The notes beneath the pieces were generated by a model that saw only the letters and a program-made list of their open reading frames with translations, ran no database searches and was not told the origin of the DNA. A stretch of DNA of 64,000 nucleotides from Planctomycetota bacterium (GTDB lineage Bacteria; Planctomycetota; UBA1135; UBA2386). Both the position numbers and the translations under genes were made by a program. This document shows positions 58,161 through 64,000 of this stretch, one piece after another. The stretch is from the NCBI GenBank assembly GCA_965223545.1, contig OZ245006.1:1024001-1088000 (forward strand). The letters are read 5' to 3'. Each line of letters starts with the position of its first letter. The first letter of the stretch is position 1.

Positions 58161-58661
58161 TTACCGCAAGTGGCGTCGCAGGATGGTCACCGCCCGCGAC
58201 CACATGCGCCGAGCCGTGGACCCCGGAATGCCGAGCTCACGGCCCACGTGGGTCGGCGTCTCTCCGGTGTCGAGCACCCGTTCGACGAACGCGGCGAGCG
58301 AAGGCGACGTGCCGGCCAGCACCTCCAGCGCATCGTGAAGCTCGACCGCGCCAGCCGTAGTCTCTCCTCCCGCGAGCGCTTCAGGCAAACCAAGCGTCGG
58401 ACGTCGACCCGCAACCCGGCGACGGTCCTTGCCGACCGATTGAATCGCCAGCTTGATCCGCGCGAGAGCGTGGGACACATCCGCCAATGGCGTCGACGCG
58501 CACGCCTGTCTGCGAATCGCTTCATGCAAAACATCGCGGGGGTCCGCTCCAATCGTCGTGGCGCCCCCGACAGATCCAACGAATCGGCGTGCGTATGCGA
58601 CGAGCTCCCAGTAGTTGGCGAGTACGGCAAGCCACAGGAGTCTTCGGTCTCTCCGCTCCAT
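58161..58661 (-). CDS. Divergent ECF sigma-like protein
   Basis: YWELVAYARR, DVLHEA, C-terminal HTH (VGRELGIPGSTARRMWSRA..ILR). Confidence 0.5.
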   Translation of the reverse strand: MERRDRRLLWLAVLANYWELVAYARRFVGSVGGATTIGADPRDVLHEAIRRQACASTPLADVSHALARIKLAIQSVGKDRRRVAGRRPTLGLPEALAGGETTAGAVELHDALEVLAGTSPSLAAFVERVLDTGETPTHVGRELGIPGSTARRMWSRAVTILRRHLR

Positions 58662-58832
58662 GGTTGTTCCGACTCGATTGATTGGAGGGCGAAAACAGCA
58701 TCTGTCGACCGCCAAAAAAAAGACAGCGAGCGCCACGCCCACCTCGAACGGTTTACAGGTAGCTCGATGCGATCGAATCAGCATCGCGCCGCCTCAGCCC
58801 TCATCTCTCCCGTTTCTGCACGGAGGTGCCAA

Positions 58833-59174
58833 GTGAAGACGCTCGTAAGAGTTGCCGCGTTCCTGCTCTCGCTCGCCCTGGTGACACCACCGGTTCTCGC
58901 ACAAGAAGAGGAGTGCGGCGCGTGCACTGGCACGCACTCCGAGTCGGCTCCCGTTCAAGGGGAGTGCTACAAGGTCGTCGTCGACAGCTCGAGCAACGCG
59001 AACGGCGGCTGCACCAAACCAGGTGACACCTGCCGCCAGACCAAATCATGGGCCGAGGCGACCGGCTGCGGCACCGCCAGCGAGTACGTGCGCCGACTCA
59101 ATTCACCAAGACGAGAGGACCCGCACCCGCGAAGCGCTCGAGCAGAAGCTGCTCGAGGTTCTCGTTGGCAATGA
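58833..59174 (+). pseudogene. Cys-rich secreted peptide apparently fused by deletion to a ParD remnant
   Basis: GGAGG RBS, signal peptide, five Cys in about 40 aa, then an abrupt switch to ATGCGTASEYVRRL. Confidence 0.45.
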
Positions 59175-59310
59175 CGTGGAGATGACGTTGGAAGATTGGG
59201 CTCATTTCGCCGCGAGGTCCTGGAGAGCATCGAGCGACGCAAGCGTGACGAGTAGGAAGGGAGGCATGGCTGGAAGGGTCGTTCGCAGACGCCGCGCAAG
59301 GTCAATGACT
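59050..59310 (+). pseudogene. Degenerate parD/parE toxin-antitoxin remnant
   Basis: GTASEYVRRL, +1 frameshift near 59100, IHQDER..EALEQKLLE...EMTLEDW; then GGAGG-ATG MAGRVVRRRRAR (ParE-like start), truncated. Confidence 0.6.
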
Positions 59311-59360
59311 CAGTGTTCAGCAGGAATCCGCGGCTACGAGCATCAGGGCTGACGTCTCCC

Positions 59361-60193
59361 GTGCGCGCACAACTCCCGACTGCTCTGATTGTTTCCTATT
59401 GGGGACGATGACCGTTGTACTGTCGATCCAACGGTTCGGCCCGCCCCGCACAGAACTGACGGTGCATTCAAATCAGCCGGCGACGAACTCCCTCCCTCTC
59501 TCAGGCCCAAGCTCGCCTTCTGCACTCGACTCGCCGATGCGGAGCCGTGTACCGACCACGACGGAGCGCGAACCAGACGCAGAGCAAGAGGAAGTTGAGT
59601 CCCAATCTCGTCCGGACCCCTTCGACGTCAGCCACATCAGAGATGGTGGCACCGCCGTCTTGACTGAGCAGATGATGCGCGCGGAGTCGGATCCCGAGTT
59701 CTTCGAAGCAGAGTTCTTGAAACGAAGCAGAACAACGGCGAAGGGCGCTCTGAAACGACCCGATTACAACCCGGCATCAATCGAATTGTCTGACGCTGAA
59801 CGCGAGCAGCTCCAGGAGCTTGCCCGAGCCAAATCGCTTGCAGTGGCGCAAGCCAAGCAGTTTGCCTACTTGGCGCGGTACGCCGCCACGCTGGATCTGG
59901 TACGCCGTGATCACTGCATCTATCACCCCAACGAACAAGTGAACGGGACTCCGCTCATCGATGAGTGGCTCCGAAAACACAACCTCGAACGCGGACCCGA
60001 CATCTTGATTTCGTTCGTGCCTGGCCCCGACCGCAATAGCGGTCGCATTCTCGTGATCTCTCGCGCCGAGTACCCTGCTCCATTCGCCGCACTGGAAGCG
60101 GAGACCGAAGTCAAGAGGCACCACAACTTGGCAATGAAGCAGTTCTTCGCCGGCGCGTACTCGAGGCGGGGGATGCGGTACTCATCGTGGTGA
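59361..60193 (+). CDS. Hypothetical protein with probable N-terminal frameshift
   Basis: 264-aa ORF at 59399-60193; restoring one T at 59392-59394 gives signal anchor VRAQLPTALIVFLLGTMTVVL. Confidence 0.5.
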
Positions 60194-60245
60194 GGGGATC
60201 TGGGCAACACTGCGGCCTACCCACTCCGACCTCCTGACGCCGGCC

Positions 60246-61247
60246 TCAGCCGCCGGCCTCATCCCGCGGCGCACGCTCCATCAGCGCGCGCACCGCGGCC
60301 TCCGGACTCGCGCCGCCGAACAACACGCCACAGACCGCGTCCGTGATCGGCATCTCGACCGCCAGCTCGACCGCGCGGTCCCGCACCACGCGCGAGGTCC
60401 AAACCCCTTCGGCCACCTTGGAGGTCGACGCCAAGATCTGCTCGACCGTCTCGCCGCGGCCGATGCGCTCGCCGAAGGCGCGGTTGCGGCCGTGGCGGCT
60501 GAACGCGGTCACGGCGAGATCACCCAGGCCGGCGACGCCGTTGAAGGTGCGGCGGTCGGCGCCTTCGGCGACGCCGTAGCGCGCCATCTCCACCAGCCCG
60601 CGGGCGAGGATCGCGGCCTTGGCGTTGTCGCCGAAGCCGAGGCCATCGGCGATGCCGGCGGCGATTGCCATCACGTTCTTGAGCGCGCCGCACAGCTCGA
60701 CGCCGAGCAGGTCGCGCTGCAGGTACACGCGCAGGCGCGGTGAGCCCAGCGCGCGCTGCAGCGCGCGCGCGCCGGCGCCCGACGCACCGGCCAGGACGAC
60801 GGCCGCCGGCAGGCCCAGCGCGAGCTCCTCGGCGTGGCTCGGCCCGCTCAGCGCCAGCACCGGGTGGCCGGCGCCGCACACTTCGCGGAGCACCTCGCTG
60901 GGCCGCATGCCGGTGCTCTGCTCGAGCCCCTTGGCCAACGAGACCAGTGTCACGCCCGCCGGCACCGCGCCGGCCATCGAGCCCAGCACCGCGCGCAAAT
61001 GCTGGGTCGGCACCGCCACCAGCACGGCCTCGGCATCCGCCAGCGCCGCGCCGGCGTCGCCGGTCACCGCGATCGCCGCCGGCAACACCACCTCCTCGGG
61101 CAGATACCGGGGGTTGCGGCGGGTGTCGCGGATCGTCTCGGTGTAGGCCGCATCGTGGCCCCACAGCCGCACCGCGTGGTCCGCTTCGTGGCACGACAGC
61201 GCCATCGCCGTGCCGAAGCCGCCGTTGCCGAGCACGGTGACGTTCAT
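60246..61247 (-). CDS. gpsA: NAD(P)H-dependent glycerol-3-phosphate dehydrogenase
   Basis: VLGNGGFGTA, AKGLE, LSGPSHAEE, GALKNV.AIAAG, GLGDL, RNR.FG, VAEG. Confidence 0.96.
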   Translation of the reverse strand: MNVTVLGNGGFGTAMALSCHEADHAVRLWGHDAAYTETIRDTRRNPRYLPEEVVLPAAIAVTGDAGAALADAEAVLVAVPTQHLRAVLGSMAGAVPAGVTLVSLAKGLEQSTGMRPSEVLREVCGAGHPVLALSGPSHAEELALGLPAAVVLAGASGAGARALQRALGSPRLRVYLQRDLLGVELCGALKNVMAIAAGIADGLGFGDNAKAAILARGLVEMARYGVAEGADRRTFNGVAGLGDLAVTAFSRHGRNRAFGERIGRGETVEQILASTSKVAEGVWTSRVVRDRAVELAVEMPITDAVCGVLFGGASPEAAVRALMERAPRDEAGG

Positions 61248-61843
61248 GCCGCTTTGAACATCGCCGCCAGGTTGCTGCGATGGGTGAAGAACAAGAAAAC
61301 GGCGATCAACAGGACGAACACCGTGGTCGCGACCCGCGGGCCAAACGCGGTCTCCGGCTCGCGCAGCACGACGGTGGCCGCCAGCGCGACCCCCAACGCC
61401 AGGCTGCCGAGGAACACCCGGCGCGTCGCCGCGAACACGGCGAAGAACACGCCGAGCCCCACCGCCAAGGCGATCGGGTCGAGCGCCGCCATCACGCCGG
61501 TCGTGGTGGCCACCCCCTTGCCGCCGCGGAAGCGCAGGAACGGCGATGCGCAGTGGCCGGCGATGGCACAGGCGCCAAACAGCACACCGCGCGCTTCCGG
61601 CCCGGCGAACCACTGCGGCAGGAGATACGCCGGCACGAAGCCCTTGGCGAAGTCGAGCACGTAGATCAGCAGGAACATCGCCAGCTTGCCGCGGCCGGCG
61701 AACGCGCGCGACGCGTTGGTGGCGCCGACGTTGCCCGACCCCAACGCGCGGATGTCCTGTCCTTTGATCCACCGCACCAGCAGCAGCGCGAACGGCACCG
61801 CGCCGAGCAGGTAGGACAGGAGACAACCGACGACCGTGGCCAC
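61244..61843 (-). CDS. plsY: Glycerol-3-phosphate acyltransferase PlsY
   Basis: YLLGAVPF, DIR..GSGNVGATN, D..KG, GH..SPFL.FRGGKGVAT, HRSN. Confidence 0.95.
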   Translation of the reverse strand: MATVVGCLLSYLLGAVPFALLLVRWIKGQDIRALGSGNVGATNASRAFAGRGKLAMFLLIYVLDFAKGFVPAYLLPQWFAGPEARGVLFGACAIAGHCASPFLRFRGGKGVATTTGVMAALDPIALAVGLGVFFAVFAATRRVFLGSLALGVALAATVVLREPETAFGPRVATTVFVLLIAVFLFFTHRSNLAAMFKAA

Positions 61844-61979
61844 GTGCCCAAGGATTGTGTCCGCAGCGAGCCTGCGCGCCAGCGTTATCCCGCCGCGCTC
61901 GACGCCGTGGTTTTCTCCCCCCGCGGCTTTTTGCGCGCGGGCGGTGGCCCGCGGTGCGCCTGGCGTGCATCGTGCCTCC

Positions 61980-63938
61980 GTGCCCCCAACCCCCAGACCG
62001 CTGCGCATCGGCGTCGACACCGGCGGCACGTTCACCGACGTCGCCGTGCTGCGCGGTGGCACCTTGTCGGTGCACAAGCTGCCGTCGACGCCGGACGATC
62101 CGGCGCGGGCGGTGCTCGACGGCATCGCCGCGGTCCGCGGCCGCGCCCGCGCCGTGGACGTCGTGCACGGCACCACGGTCGGCCTCAACGCGATCCTCAC
62201 CGGTCGCGTCGCGCGCACAGCTCTGGTGACCAACCGCGGCTTCGAGGACCTGATCGAGATCGGCCGCCAAACGCGCACGCAGGTCTACGATCTGCACGCC
62301 GACAAACCGGTGCTGCCGGTGCCGCGCAATTTGCGATTCGGCGTCGAAACGCGGCGCGACGCCGGCGGCGCCCTGCTGCGGCGCGCCACCCGCGAAGAGC
62401 TGACGCGCTTGCGCGATCGGCTGAGCCGCGCCCGCGTCGACGCCATCGCCATCGGCCTGCTGCACAGCTACGCCCACCCCGAAGACGAGCGCGCGATCGC
62501 GCGCGCGCTGGCGCCGCTGGGCGTGCCGATCACCTGCAGTGCCGAGCTCCTGGCGGTCTCCGGCGAGTACGAGCGCTACGCCGCGGCGGTGCTCAACGCG
62601 GCGATCACGCCGGTGGTCGGCAGCTATCTGCAGCGGCTGGCGGCGGGGCTGGACGACGGCGCACTGCGCCTGATGCGCAGCAGCGGTGGCATCATGTCGA
62701 GCGCCGAGGCGACGCGCTTTCCGGCGCGCGCGGTGCTCTCCGGCCCGGCGGGCGGAGTGCTCGCCACTCGCCACTGCGCCCGCGCCTTCGGCCACGAGGT
62801 CGTCGCCGGCTTCGACATGGGCGGCACCTCGACCGACGTGTCGTTGATCGGCACGGGCCCCGGCGCCAGCGACGGCACCGTGCTGGGCGGGCTGCCGTTG
62901 GCGGTGCCGGCGGTCGAAGTCCACACCATTGGCTGCGGCGGCGGCAGCATCGCGATGGTCGACCCGGGCGGTGCGCTGCGCGTCGGCCCGGACAGCGCCG
63001 GCGCGATCCCCGGGCCCGCGTGCTACGGCCACGGCGACCAACCGACGGTCACCGATGCGCACATGGTCTTGGGCCACATGGGCGCCGAGACGCTGCTCGG
63101 CGGCGCGTTTCCGGTCGACCCCGATCTGTCGGCGCGCGCCGTCGAGCGCCTCGGCCGCCGCCTCGGCCTGACCCTGGCGCAGACCGCGCGCGGCATCCTC
63201 GAGGTCGCCGAGGTCGCGATGCGCCGCGCGCTGATGGTGATCACCGTCGAGCGCGCGATCGACCCAATGGGCGTCCCGCTGGTGGCGTTCGGCGGCGCCG
63301 GCGGCCTGCACGCGGCCTCGCTGGCGCGACAGCTCGGCATGCCGTTCGCGTTGGTCCCGGCCCACCCCGGCGCGCTGTCCGCCGTCGGCCTGGCGTTGGC
63401 CGCGGAGAGCCACGAGGTCGTCGTCTCGGTGCTACAGCCCTTGTCGGAGATCGCCGGCCCGAGCCTGCGACAGCGCGCGCGCGCCGCCGCCGCCGGCGCG
63501 GTCGAGGCACTCGGCCCCGGCCCGCGCCCGCGCGCGGTGGTCGGCGTGCGGCTGCGCTACGCCGGGCAGGGCGACGGCCTGACGCTCGCGCTCGGTGGCA
63601 ATCTCGAGGATCGGTTTTCGAAAGCGCACGAACAGCGCTTCGGCTTCGCCGCCCGCGGCACGCCGATCGAGGTCGTCGAGCTCCGCGCGCGGGCCGAGCG
63701 TCGCGAGCGCCGCCTACCCGCCGCGGCAGCGCCCAAGGGCAACCCTCCCGCGAGCGGCACCTCCCGCCGGCGCCGCCCGCCCGCCGGCGGTCCGGCGTGG
63801 CAAGTCGTCGACCGCGCCGACCTCGGCGTCGGCAGCCGACTGCGAGGCCCGTGCCTGATCGAGGAGCGCACCGGGGTCACGGTCGTTCCCACCCGGGTCG
63901 AGTGCCTGGTCCGCGACGCCGGTCTGCAACTCCGCTGA
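61980..63938 (+). CDS. Hydantoinase A / 5-oxoprolinase family protein
   Basis: IGVDTGGTFTD, HGTT, SGPAGG, FDMGGTSTD, GGGSI, SAGA.PGPACYG, FGGAG.LHA; start estimated. Confidence 0.92.
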   Translation: MPPTPRPLRIGVDTGGTFTDVAVLRGGTLSVHKLPSTPDDPARAVLDGIAAVRGRARAVDVVHGTTVGLNAILTGRVARTALVTNRGFEDLIEIGRQTRTQVYDLHADKPVLPVPRNLRFGVETRRDAGGALLRRATREELTRLRDRLSRARVDAIAIGLLHSYAHPEDERAIARALAPLGVPITCSAELLAVSGEYERYAAAVLNAAITPVVGSYLQRLAAGLDDGALRLMRSSGGIMSSAEATRFPARAVLSGPAGGVLATRHCARAFGHEVVAGFDMGGTSTDVSLIGTGPGASDGTVLGGLPLAVPAVEVHTIGCGGGSIAMVDPGGALRVGPDSAGAIPGPACYGHGDQPTVTDAHMVLGHMGAETLLGGAFPVDPDLSARAVERLGRRLGLTLAQTARGILEVAEVAMRRALMVITVERAIDPMGVPLVAFGGAGGLHAASLARQLGMPFALVPAHPGALSAVGLALAAESHEVVVSVLQPLSEIAGPSLRQRARAAAAGAVEALGPGPRPRAVVGVRLRYAGQGDGLTLALGGNLEDRFSKAHEQRFGFAARGTPIEVVELRARAERRERRLPAAAAPKGNPPASGTSRRRRPPAGGPAWQVVDRADLGVGSRLRGPCLIEERTGVTVVPTRVECLVRDAGLQLR

Positions 63939-63957
63939 GCGCCACGAAGGCCGCGGA

Positions 63958-63987
63958 TTGACAGGGGCGCCGTGGCGTCCTATTGAT
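63958..63987 (+). promoter_or_regulatory. Possible sigma70 promoter for a gene beyond the window
   Basis: TTGACA at 63958, 17-nt spacer, then TATTGA (weak -10). Confidence 0.3.
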
Positions 63988-64000
63988 GGTTGACAGAATT

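Noticed and set aside
57900..60240. Prophage or intact mobile element
   Set aside because: No integrase, transposase, structural genes or flanking direct repeats were seen.
60246..63413. 1055-aa ORF as an extended GpsA
   Set aside because: GpsA begins at 61247; the upstream frame overlaps plsY and is antisense to the hydantoinase gene.

Overview
High-GC, gene-dense bacterial DNA with about 50 genes, most likely from a Planctomycetota lineage (inferred from the ECF sigma/anti-sigma pairs, FG-GAP and WxWDG repeat secreted proteins and a DUF6677-like membrane protein). Housekeeping genes: argJ, menB, lpxI, fadE, a DinG/YoaA-like helicase, gpsA and plsY. No rRNA, tRNA, CRISPR array or intact transposase was recognised. 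Most notable: (1) a NorC/NorB-like heme-copper oxidoreductase pair whose catalytic subunit has substituted metal ligands (His->Cys in helix VI, HxH->HxM in helix X, both helix-VI Glu lost) with a di-heme NorC; (2) six unrelated secreted proteins sharing a ~100-130 aa domain that may be a sorting or anchoring signal; (3) an in-frame fusion of an arsenosugar-type GT2 glycosyltransferase with an ArsC arsenate reductase, divergent from DUF547 and an MFS; (4) an ECF sigma/ChrR-cupin, TPR, DUF4331, HupE/UreJ, OprB-like porin cluster; (5) a structured 194-bp tandem intergenic repeat; (6) a decaying lower-GC islet with a parDE remnant. All family assignments come from motif recognition by eye, not database searches; start codons are best estimates.
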